Assembly: GCA_963667785.2 (NCBI GenBank)
Contig: CAXXMU010000002.1
Coordinates: forward strand, 192,001-256,000
Source: Alphaproteobacteria bacterium
Lineage (GTDB): Bacteria > Pseudomonadota > Alphaproteobacteria > UBA828
Direction: 5' to 3'
Length of the DNA: 64,000 nt
The notes under the pieces: generated by a model
What the model saw: the letters and a program-made list of their open reading frames with translations, nothing else
What the model was told of the DNA's origin: nothing
Database searches by the model: none
Shown here: piece by piece, positions 23,376 to 31,021 of the stretch
How positions within the stretch are numbered: position 1 is the first letter of the stretch
Layout of the letters: the number at the start of each line of letters is the position of its first letter
Translations under genes and position numbers: made by a program

Positions 23376-23858
23376 CTACCACTTCGCGTGCTTGTAGCGG
23401 CCGGCCCAGTCCACGCCCTGCCAGGTCATCTGCGAATCGGGCTTCATGAAGATGAGCCAGCGGGGCTCCACCAGGGTCGGCTCCAGATACTTCGGTCCGT
23501 TCTCGCCGAGGTAGCGGAGCGACATCTCGGTCGCGATCTCGACCCACTTGCCGCCGGTGTTGGGCTCTTCGACGATCTCGGCCCTGCCCTTCGCCATGAC
23601 CTTCTGCATCGTCTCCCAGATATCCACGCAGATGTGGACGCGCGGGTCGCGCTGGATGTGCCTGGCCCAGACCGAGCGTGCGCGGGGAATGACGTAGTAG
23701 CCGCCGTCGCGATACTGGTACCAGAGCGGCACGATGTAGGGCCAGCCTTCCTCGTCGAGGCAGGCGAGCCGGCAGAGATGTGGCCCCTTGAGGAACTCGC
23801 CGACCTCCTCGTCGGTCATGCCTCCGACCTTGCCGCGCCACGCGTCACCCTCTGCCAT
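23376..23858 (-). CDS. Pyridoxamine 5'-phosphate oxidase-like (PPOX/FDOR split-barrel) protein, possibly F420-dependent
   Basis: RLACLDEEGWPYIVPLWY and RDPRVHICVD; AAGGAG RBS; divergent from the F420 cluster. Confidence 0.8.
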   Translation of the reverse strand: MAEGDAWRGKVGGMTDEEVGEFLKGPHLCRLACLDEEGWPYIVPLWYQYRDGGYYVIPRARSVWARHIQRDPRVHICVDIWETMQKVMAKGRAEIVEEPNTGGKWVEIATEMSLRYLGENGPKYLEPTLVEPRWLIFMKPDSQMTWQGVDWAGRYKHAKW

Positions 23859-24001
23859 GCCGTCTCTCCTTCGACTTGCCGCTGCGCCCTTCCGCCCGCC
23901 GTGGTCCGGCGATGCCGCGCCGATGGGACATGATAGCATGAGCGCAGCGGGCCGGCGGCCATGCCGGCCATGCATGCAACCTGGATCGAGGGAGGCTCCG
24001 A

Positions 24002-24865
24002 ATGCAGTTGGGCGTCGTTTTTCCACAGACCGAGATCGGCAACGATCCCGCCATGGTCCGCGACTACGGGCAGGCGGCCGAGGGGCTGGGCTACGAGCAC
24101 GTCCTCGCTTTCGATCACGTGCTCGGCGGCAACGCCGCGACGCACGATCTGCGCGGGCCCTACAAGCACACCGATGCCTTCCACGAGCCCTTCGTGCTGT
24201 TCGGCTTCCTCGCCGCCGTCACCCGGCTCGAATTCGTCACCGGCATCATCATCCTGCCGCAACGGCAGACCGCGCTGGTCGCCAAGCAGGCGGCGGCGCT
24301 CGACGTGCTCTGCGAAGGCCGACTCAGGCTTGGCGTGGCCGTGGGCTGGAACCACGTCGAGTTCGAGGCGCTGGGGATGGACTACTCCGACCGCGGGCGG
24401 CGCATCGAGGAACAGATCGAGGTCATGCGCCTGCTCTGGACCAGCAAGCTCGTCACCTTCGAGGGGCAGGAGCACCGGATCACCGACGCCGGCCTCAACC
24501 CGCTGCCGGTCCAGCGCCCCATTCCCCTCTGGTTCGGCGGCCACGCCGATACCGTGCTCAGGCGCACCGCCCGGATCGGCGACGGCTGGTTCCCGCTGTT
24601 CACGCCGGACGAGGAAGGCGCGGCCGAGGTCGAGAAGTTCCGCGGCTATATCCGCGAGGCTGGCCGCGATCCGGCGGAGGTGGGAATCGAGACCTGGCTC
24701 AACATGGAGGACAAGACGCCCGAGCAGTGGCGCGCGGAAGCCGTCGGCTGGAAGGCGCTGGGCGCCACCCACTTCTCGGTCAACACGATGAACTCGGGCC
24801 TGGCCGCGCCGCAGGACCACATCGCGGCCATCGGACGCATCAGGGAGGCGCTGGCGGATATCTGA
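24002..24865 (+). CDS. LLM class (luciferase-like) F420-dependent oxidoreductase
   Basis: FDHVLG, ILPQRQTALVAKQAAALD, GVAVGWNHVEF and PIPLWFGG; adjacent to cofE/cofD. Confidence 0.88.
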   Translation: MQLGVVFPQTEIGNDPAMVRDYGQAAEGLGYEHVLAFDHVLGGNAATHDLRGPYKHTDAFHEPFVLFGFLAAVTRLEFVTGIIILPQRQTALVAKQAAALDVLCEGRLRLGVAVGWNHVEFEALGMDYSDRGRRIEEQIEVMRLLWTSKLVTFEGQEHRITDAGLNPLPVQRPIPLWFGGHADTVLRRTARIGDGWFPLFTPDEEGAAEVEKFRGYIREAGRDPAEVGIETWLNMEDKTPEQWRAEAVGWKALGATHFSVNTMNSGLAAPQDHIAAIGRIREALADI

Positions 24866-24883
24866 GCCGCGCGGCGCGCCGCC

Positions 24884-25375
24884 ATGGGTGAGGGCGAGGG
24901 CAGCGCGGCCCTTCTCGGCGACGCCGAGCGCGCCTTCCTGGAGGGCGCCCGCGTCGCTCACCTCGCGACCGCCGATGCGGCCGGCGTTCCCCACGTCGTG
25001 CCGGTCTGCTTTGCGGTCGCCGGCGATACCGTCTACATCGCCATCGACCGCAAGCCGAAGAGCGGCAGGCCGCTCAAGCGGCTCCGCAACATCGCCGAGA
25101 ATCCGTCCGTGGCACTTACCGCCGACTGCTATGACGATGACGACTGGCAGCGCTTGCGCTGGGTCATGCTGCGCGGCCGCGCGGAGATTCTGGAGGGCGG
25201 GGCCGAGCACGCCGCGGCGCACCGGCTCCTCCGTGCCAAGCACAGGCAGTACCGCGCGATGGATCTGGCGCCGCTGGCGGTGATCGCCATCAGGATCGAG
25301 CGGGTCACCCACTGGGGCGCGGCCAGCGTCGGCGGCGCGCGTGACGGGACCGGCGGGCGGGACGCCGCGCGATGA
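24884..25375 (+). CDS. PPOX class F420-dependent oxidoreductase (Rv0121-like)
   Basis: ARVAHLATADAAGVPHVVPVCFA, DRKPK and LKRLRNIAENP. Confidence 0.85.
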   Translation: MGEGEGSAALLGDAERAFLEGARVAHLATADAAGVPHVVPVCFAVAGDTVYIAIDRKPKSGRPLKRLRNIAENPSVALTADCYDDDDWQRLRWVMLRGRAEILEGGAEHAAAHRLLRAKHRQYRAMDLAPLAVIAIRIERVTHWGAASVGGARDGTGGRDAAR

Positions 25376-26157
25376 CCGGCAAGGCGCACCGCCCCCGCGC
25401 GCTCTCCCTCTTCGCGCTCCCGGGCATTCCCATGGTGAGGCCGGGCGACGACCTCGCAGCGCTGATCGCGGAAGGATTCGCCCGCACGGGCGAGGCCGCG
25501 GCCGCCGGCGACGTGCTGGTGGTGGCGCAGAAGATCGTGTCGAAGAGCGAGGGACGCTACGCCGTCCTCGCCGCCGTCGAGCCCGGCGAGCGGGCGCGCG
25601 CGCTCGCCCGGCACACCGGCAAGGATCCGCGTCTGGTCGAGCTGATCCTCGGTGAATCGCGGCGGGTGGTGCGCCATCGCCCCAACGTGATCATCGTCGA
25701 GCACCGGCTGGGATTCGTCATGGCGAACGCCGGCATCGACAGCTCCAACGTCGAGCCCGAGGGCGGCGAGGAGCGGGTGTTGTTGCTGCCGCGCGACCCC
25801 GACGGCAGCGCGCGGCGCCTGCGCGAGGACTTGCGGGAGCGCTTGGGCGCGGACTGCGCCGTCATCGTCAACGACAGCGTCGGCCGCGCCTGGCGAGTCG
25901 GCACGGTGGGCCTCGCCCTGGGCGCCGCCGGGCTGCCGTCGCTGCTCGATCTCCGGGGGCGTGACGACCTCTTCGGCCGGCCCCTCGAGGTCACCCTGGT
26001 GGGGCTCGCGGACGAGCTCGCCGCCGCCGCCTCGCTGCTCCAGGGCGAGGCCGACGAGGGCATGCCGGTGGTGGTGGTGCGCGGCCTCAGCCCCGCCGGG
26101 CCAGGCAGCGACGGGACCGCGCTGATCCGCGACGAGGCCGATGACCTCTTCCGCTAG
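25372..26157 (+). CDS. cofE: Coenzyme F420-0:L-glutamate ligase
   Basis: AQKIVSKSEGR, ANAGIDSSN, DSVGRAWR and ADELAAAA. Confidence 0.93.
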   Translation: MTGKAHRPRALSLFALPGIPMVRPGDDLAALIAEGFARTGEAAAAGDVLVVAQKIVSKSEGRYAVLAAVEPGERARALARHTGKDPRLVELILGESRRVVRHRPNVIIVEHRLGFVMANAGIDSSNVEPEGGEERVLLLPRDPDGSARRLREDLRERLGADCAVIVNDSVGRAWRVGTVGLALGAAGLPSLLDLRGRDDLFGRPLEVTLVGLADELAAAASLLQGEADEGMPVVVVRGLSPAGPGSDGTALIRDEADDLFR

Positions 26158-26296
26158 AGCGAGCCGGTCTTCGACGGGCTCGCGACAGGCCGCGACCGCG
26201 GCCCGCCGCCCCTGCGGCGCGCCCGCGCAGGCGCCGGCCGGAGGCCGGTCGCCGTGAGCGACAAAGTGCTAGAGCGTTTCCGTGAAGAGCGGAACG
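26154..26296. repeat. Multi-hairpin intergenic repeat, copy 2 (right end degenerate)
   Basis: CTAGAGCG...GCGACAGGCCGCGACCGCGGCC...CCGTGAGCGACAAAGTGCTAGAGCGTTTCCG; between cofE and cofD. Confidence 0.85.
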
Positions 26297-26312
26297 ACCA
26301 CGGGACTCCGGG

Positions 26313-27272
26313 ATGAGTGCGAGCTATGTGGCGCTCTCGGGCGGGGTGGGCGGCGCCAAGCTTGCGCTCGGGCTCTGCGAGGCGCTGGAGGATCCCCGCC
26401 GGCTCACCGTCGTGGCCAACACGGGCGACGACTTCGAGCATCTCGGCCTGCGCGTCTGCCCCGACCTCGACACGCTGACCTACACGCTTGCCGGGCTCGC
26501 CAACCCGGAGACCGGCTGGGGCAGGGCGGGGGAGAGCGGCGCCTTCATGGAGGCACTCGGCGCGCTAGGCGGGGAGACCTGGTTCTTCCTCGGCGATCGC
26601 GACCTCGCCATTCACGTCGAGCGGACCCGCAGGCTGCGGGCGGGCGAGAGCCTGAGCACCGTCACGGCAGCTCTCTGCGCGCGCCTCGGCATCCGCGCCC
26701 GCATCGTGCCCATGAGCGACGAGCCGGTGCCGACCGTCGTCGAGACCGACGAGGGTTCGCTTGCCTTCCAGCACTATTTCGTCCGCGAGCGCTGCCGGCC
26801 GAAGGTGCTGGGCTTCCGCCACGAGGGGGCCGAGCGGGCGCGGCCCTGCGCCGCCTTCCTCGACGCGCTCGCCGCATCCGATCTCGGCGCGGTGATCGTC
26901 TGCCCCTCGAATCCATATATCAGCATCGACCCCATTCTCGCGGTCCCCGGCGTCCGCGCCGCGCTCGCCGCCTGCCGGGCGCCGGTGATCGCGGTCTCGC
27001 CCGTCGTCGGCGGGCGGGCGCTCAAGGGGCCCACGGCGAAGATGATGGCCGAGCGCGGCGTCGAACCGGGCGCCGCCGCCATCGCCCGTCACTATGACGT
27101 GCTGATCGACGGCCTCGTGATCGACGAGGCAGACCGGCAGGAGGCAGCCGCCGTCGCCACGACCGGCGTCGCGGTGGAGGTCGCGGCCACGGTGATGACG
27201 AGCCCGGGGGAGAAACGGGCGCTCGCGCAGGCCGTGCTGGCCTTCGCCGAACGGCTCGGAGGGGGAGGCTAG
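26313..27272 (+). CDS. cofD: 2-phospho-L-lactate transferase
   Basis: LSGGVGGAKL, NTGDDF, CPDLDT, FQHYFV, PSNPYISI and KGPTAKMM. Confidence 0.94.
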   Translation: MSASYVALSGGVGGAKLALGLCEALEDPRRLTVVANTGDDFEHLGLRVCPDLDTLTYTLAGLANPETGWGRAGESGAFMEALGALGGETWFFLGDRDLAIHVERTRRLRAGESLSTVTAALCARLGIRARIVPMSDEPVPTVVETDEGSLAFQHYFVRERCRPKVLGFRHEGAERARPCAAFLDALAASDLGAVIVCPSNPYISIDPILAVPGVRAALAACRAPVIAVSPVVGGRALKGPTAKMMAERGVEPGAAAIARHYDVLIDGLVIDEADRQEAAAVATTGVAVEVAATVMTSPGEKRALAQAVLAFAERLGGGG

Positions 27273-28225
27273 TCGAGCTCGACCGCGTAGGCCGAGGCCG
27301 GCAACGCCTCGGGGATCAGCCCCTGGGCCTGGAGGAAGGTCGCGAAGCGCTCGTAGCGGGCGCTGTCCAGTGCCGCCGGCCTGAGCGCGAAGCGCGGCAG
27401 GGTGTCGCGCCAGGCGCGCTTGTTGAGCTCGTCGTCGAGCTCCTCGCGTCCCCGCAGGAAGAGCCGCCAAGATTCGTCCGGGTGGTTGATGAGGAACTGC
27501 ACGCCGCGCTCGAGCGCGTCGACGAAGCGGCGCAGTGCCGGGTCGTCCCGTCGACCGGTATTGGCGACGACGATCAGCTCGTCATAGGGGGGCACGCCCT
27601 CCTCCTCGATGTAGAAGGCGCGGCCGGGGCGGCCCTCGATGTCCATCTGGTTGAGCTCGAAGTTGCGGTAGGCGCCGATCACCGCATCCACCTGGCCTGA
27701 GATCAGCGACGGAGAGAGGGAGAAGTTGACGTTGACCAGCGTCACGTCGTCGACGCTCAGGCCGTGGCGCTGCAGCATGGCGCCGAGCAGCGCATCCTCG
27801 AAGCCGCCGACCGAGTAGCCGACCGTGCGCCCCTCGAGGTCGGCGATCGACTGCACCGGGCCGTCTGCGAGCACCAGCAGCGTGTTCAGCGGGGTCGCCA
27901 CCAGGGTCGCGATGCGCACGAGCGGCAGCCCCTCCGCCACTTGGATATGGAGTTGCGGCTGATAGGAGACCGCGAGGTCCGCCCTGCCGGCGGCGACCAG
28001 CTTGGGCGGGTCATTGGGATCGGCCGGGGCGATGAGCTCCACCTCCAGCCCCGCCTCGGCGAAGTAGCCGTTCTCCTGCGCGACGAAGAGCGGCGCGTGG
28101 TCGGGGTTGATGAACCAGTCCAGCATCAGGGTGAGCTTGTCCGCGGCGCCCGAAGGCCTGGGCGCGATCGCCAGAGCCAGCGCCAGCGTCAGCGCGGCCA
28201 GGAACGTCGTCGTCGTTCGTTGCAT
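27269..28225 (-). CDS. ThiY/NMT1-family ABC substrate-binding protein (HMP/thiamine precursor)
   Basis: Signal peptide; LDWFINPDH, SYQPQ and GAYRNFE; under a TPP riboswitch. Confidence 0.9.
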   Translation of the reverse strand: MQRTTTTFLAALTLALALAIAPRPSGAADKLTLMLDWFINPDHAPLFVAQENGYFAEAGLEVELIAPADPNDPPKLVAAGRADLAVSYQPQLHIQVAEGLPLVRIATLVATPLNTLLVLADGPVQSIADLEGRTVGYSVGGFEDALLGAMLQRHGLSVDDVTLVNVNFSLSPSLISGQVDAVIGAYRNFELNQMDIEGRPGRAFYIEEEGVPPYDELIVVANTGRRDDPALRRFVDALERGVQFLINHPDESWRLFLRGREELDDELNKRAWRDTLPRFALRPAALDSARYERFATFLQAQGLIPEALPASAYAVELD

Positions 28226-28249
28226 CGATCAGCCTCCCTGTCGAAGAGC

Positions 28250-28398
28250 CAGAGCGAATCCGTCATTGACGGATACGCGACAGGCCGCGACCGCGGCCCG
28301 CCGCTTATGCGGCGCCCTCGCGGAGGCGCCGGTCGTAGGCCGGCCGCCGTGAGCGACAAAGTGCTAGAGCGTTTCCGTGCAAGACGGGAACGCTCTAA
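28250..28398. repeat. Multi-hairpin intergenic repeat, copy 3
   Basis: CAGAGCGAATCCGTCATTGACGGATACGCGACAGG...GCGACAAAGTGCTAGAGCGTTTCCG...CGGGAACGCTCTAA; inside the thiXYZ-type operon. Confidence 0.85.
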
Positions 28399-29135
28399 GC
28401 GTCGGCCTGCCAGTGGAGTGCGCGGCGCAGCACGTGGTCGATGACGAAGTAGATCGCCACCGCGAAGACCGCCAGCGTGAGCAGCGCGGCGAACATCAGG
28501 TCGATCTGCATGCGCCCGTTGGCGTGCAGCATGAGGAAGCCGAGGCCGGCGCTGGACCCCACCCACTCGCCCACCACCGCGCCGATGGGTGCCACCGCCG
28601 CCGCGACGCGCACGCCCGATGCCAGCGCCGGCAGCGCCGCCGGCACGCGGATGTGCCACAGCGCCCGCCAGGGACTTGCGCCCATGGCGCGGGCGAGGTC
28701 GAGCCAGCCCGGCTCGGTCCTCCTCAGCCCGTCGAAGAAGTTGGCGGCGACGGGGAAGTAGATGATGAGCGTCGCCATCGCGACCTTGGAGGCGATGCCG
28801 TAGCCAAGCCAGAGCACCAGGATCGGTGCCAACGCGAAGACCGGCACCGCCTGGGACGCGACCAGCACCGGCAGCAGCCAGAGCCGCGCCGGCCGGACGT
28901 AGGTGAGCACCAGCGCGCTGATCACGCCCAGCAGGGTGCCGAGCGCGAGTCCGAGGGCGATCTCCAGCAGGGTGGTCTGGGCATGGCCGAGGATCAGCCC
29001 GACATGCTCCCACCAGGTGGCTCCCACCCGTGCCGGCCCCGGCAGGATGTAGTGCGGCGTGTCGGCCAGCCAGACCACCGCCTGCCAGATCAGCACCAGA
29101 ATGCCGCAGACCGCCGTCAGCCTGAGCGCGCGCAT
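28395..29135 (-). CDS. ABC transporter permease (ThiX/SsuC-like)
   Basis: SQAVPVFALAP, EAA-like loop and GAVVGEWVG. Confidence 0.9.
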   Translation of the reverse strand: MRALRLTAVCGILVLIWQAVVWLADTPHYILPGPARVGATWWEHVGLILGHAQTTLLEIALGLALGTLLGVISALVLTYVRPARLWLLPVLVASQAVPVFALAPILVLWLGYGIASKVAMATLIIYFPVAANFFDGLRRTEPGWLDLARAMGASPWRALWHIRVPAALPALASGVRVAAAVAPIGAVVGEWVGSSAGLGFLMLHANGRMQIDLMFAALLTLAVFAVAIYFVIDHVLRRALHWQADA

Positions 29136-29150
29136 GCCGGGCCCCGTCCA

Positions 29151-29918
29151 TCAGCCGGGCCGCGGAAAGGCCGCGGCGTCGTCGGCTGCCGTGAGCCGTT
29201 CCAGCAGCTCGGCGTGCAGCGCCTGCAGGGTGCGTTCGCCCGGCCTGCGGGGCGGTGGGCCGTCCGGCGCGGGCGCGGGCTGCAGCGTCGCCGGCCGACC
29301 GGCCATGACGTAGATGCGCTCGCCCAGCCTGAGCGCCTCCAGCGGGTCGTGGGTGACGAGCAGCACCGTGCGCCCGGCGAGCAGGCCGGCGGCGAGCTCC
29401 TGCAGCCTGGCTCGGGTGATCGCGTCGAGCGCGGAGAAGGGCTCGTCCATGAGCACGATGGGCCGGTCCTCCATCAGGGTGCGGGCGAGCGCCACCCGCT
29501 GACGCATGCCGCCGGAGAGCGTGCGCGGCAGCGCGTCCGCCTCGGCGCCGAGGCCGACGCGCTCCAGCAGCGCGAGCGCCCGCGCCCGGTCGGGCCTCTC
29601 GCCCCTGAGCCTCGCGCCGAGAGAGACGTTGCCGAGCGCGCCCAGCCACGGCATCAGCAGGTCCTGCTGCGCCATGTAGGCGACAGGCGCGTCGTCCCGC
29701 ACGGCGAGCGCGCCGCCCTCCAGCCGTTCCAGGCCTGCGATGACCCGCAGCAGGCTCGACTTGCCCACGCCGCTCGGCCCCAGCAGGCAGGTCCAGCGGC
29801 CCTGCTCGAGGGCGAGGTCCAGCCCGTCGAAGAGCAGCGCGCCTTCGAAGCCGAAACGCGCGCCCTCGATGCGGACGGCGTGGTCCGGGCGGGAATGGGA
29901 GTCTGCTGGCGGGGTCAC
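29151..29918 (-). CDS. ABC transporter ATP-binding protein (ThiZ-like)
   Basis: GPSGVGKS, LSGGMRQR, MDEPFSALD and VTHD. Confidence 0.92.
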   Translation of the reverse strand: MTPPADSHSRPDHAVRIEGARFGFEGALLFDGLDLALEQGRWTCLLGPSGVGKSSLLRVIAGLERLEGGALAVRDDAPVAYMAQQDLLMPWLGALGNVSLGARLRGERPDRARALALLERVGLGAEADALPRTLSGGMRQRVALARTLMEDRPIVLMDEPFSALDAITRARLQELAAGLLAGRTVLLVTHDPLEALRLGERIYVMAGRPATLQPAPAPDGPPPRRPGERTLQALHAELLERLTAADDAAAFPRPG

Positions 29919-29920
29919 GT

Positions 29921-30012
29921 CTCGTTTCCTACGCCGGTCCTAACCGGATCAGGTTCAAGGGGTCGTCGGGGCGGGTCCGACCTCTCAGCCGCGATGGGCT
30001 CCCCCAGAGCGG
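29921..30012 (-). promoter_or_regulatory. TPP (thi-box) riboswitch
   Basis: The minus strand reads GGGGGAGCC...GGCTGAGAGG...GACCCCTTGAACCTGATCCGGTTAGGACCGGCGTAGGAA, the canonical TPP aptamer core, ending just before the GTG start. Confidence 0.93.
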
Positions 30013-30017
30013 CTCCG

Positions 30018-30046
30018 ATCATGGCGGAGCGGTCGTTTTGTTGCAA
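30018..30046 (-). promoter_or_regulatory. Putative sigma70 promoter for the riboswitch/thiXYZ transcript
   Basis: TTGCAA-17 nt-CATGAT on the minus strand, immediately upstream of the aptamer. Confidence 0.55.
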
Positions 30047-30065
30047 GCGCGCTGGCTTGCTTCTT

Positions 30066-30195
30066 CAGATCCCTCAGTCGCCGGGCGCTCGCTCCGCTCG
30101 CATCGCGCGCCCCCGCGCGCGTATCGGCGCGACGCTACGCGCCTTCGGCGCGCGGCGCGGTCGCGCCGTCCGGGCCTGCGGCCCGGCTCCTCTCA
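30066..30195. repeat. REP-like nested palindromic element (single copy in the window)
   Basis: AGATCCCTCAGTCG followed by stems GGCGCGAC..GTCGCGCC, CGCGCC-TTC-GGCGCG and CCGGGCC-TGC-GGCCCGG. Confidence 0.45.
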
Positions 30196-30247
30196 TGTGC
30201 TACACCTCGACTGCCGCCGGTCACCGGCACCGATTCGAGGACAGGCG

Positions 30248-30991
30248 ATGGAATGGAGCGATACGGGCATCGTCCTCTCCGCCCGCCGCCACGGAGAGAA
30301 CGCCGCCGTCGTCTCGCTGCTGACCGAGCATCACGGCCGCCACGCCGGCCTCGTGCACGGCGCGCGCGGCCGCCGGGCGCGCGGGCTCTACCAGCCGGGC
30401 AACACGCTGGCCGCCCGCTGGCAGGCGCGCCTTGCGGAGCATCTCGGCCGCTACACCTGCGAGCTGGTGCGGGCGCGAACAGCCGTGCTGCTGGACGATG
30501 CGCCCAGACTCGCCGCGCTCGCAGCCGTCTGCGCGCTGGTCGAGGCGACGCTGCCCGAGCGGCATCCCTACCCGCAGGTCCATGGCGCTCTCCTGCACCT
30601 GCTCGACGACCTGGAAGCGGGCGAGCGCTGGGCCGAGACGGTGGTCCGCTGGGAGCTCGCCCTCCTGGCGGAGCTCGGCTTCGGCCTCGACCTCTCCGCC
30701 TGCGCGGCCACCGGCACGATGCAGGACCTCGTCTACGTCTCGCCCCGCAGCGGGCGCGCCGTCTCGCGCGAGGCCGGCGCGGCCTACGCAGAAAAGCTGC
30801 TACCGCTCCCGGCCTTCCTGGCGTGGCCGGGAGACTCCCCCGGCGCCGCCGTTCCCGCCGCCGACATCGTCGCAGGGCTCAGGCTCACCGGCTGGTTCCT
30901 CGAGAAGCACGTGTTCGCAGGACAGGGCGGGCGCATGCCGCCGGCCCGCGAACGCTTCGTCGATCGCCTGCAGGCGGGCTCCGAATCCTAA
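30248..30991 (+). CDS. recO: DNA repair protein RecO
   Basis: MEWSDTGIVLSARRHGE, LYQPGN, LGFGLDLSACAATG and YVSPRSGRAVS. Confidence 0.94.
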   Translation: MEWSDTGIVLSARRHGENAAVVSLLTEHHGRHAGLVHGARGRRARGLYQPGNTLAARWQARLAEHLGRYTCELVRARTAVLLDDAPRLAALAAVCALVEATLPERHPYPQVHGALLHLLDDLEAGERWAETVVRWELALLAELGFGLDLSACAATGTMQDLVYVSPRSGRAVSREAGAAYAEKLLPLPAFLAWPGDSPGAAVPAADIVAGLRLTGWFLEKHVFAGQGGRMPPARERFVDRLQAGSES

Positions 30992-31021
30992 ACCGTGCCG
31001 CGCTATGCTATAGCGGCGGCC

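Noticed and set aside
27269-27272. cofD and thiY-like stops share one CTAG palindrome; mfd and phhB overlap by 23 nt
   Set aside because: Short convergent overlaps are common in compact high-GC genomes
21391-28398. Possibility that the three repeats form a CRISPR array or composite transposon
   Set aside because: The copies are kilobases apart and separated by normal genes; there is no spacer periodicity and no cas or transposase gene in the window
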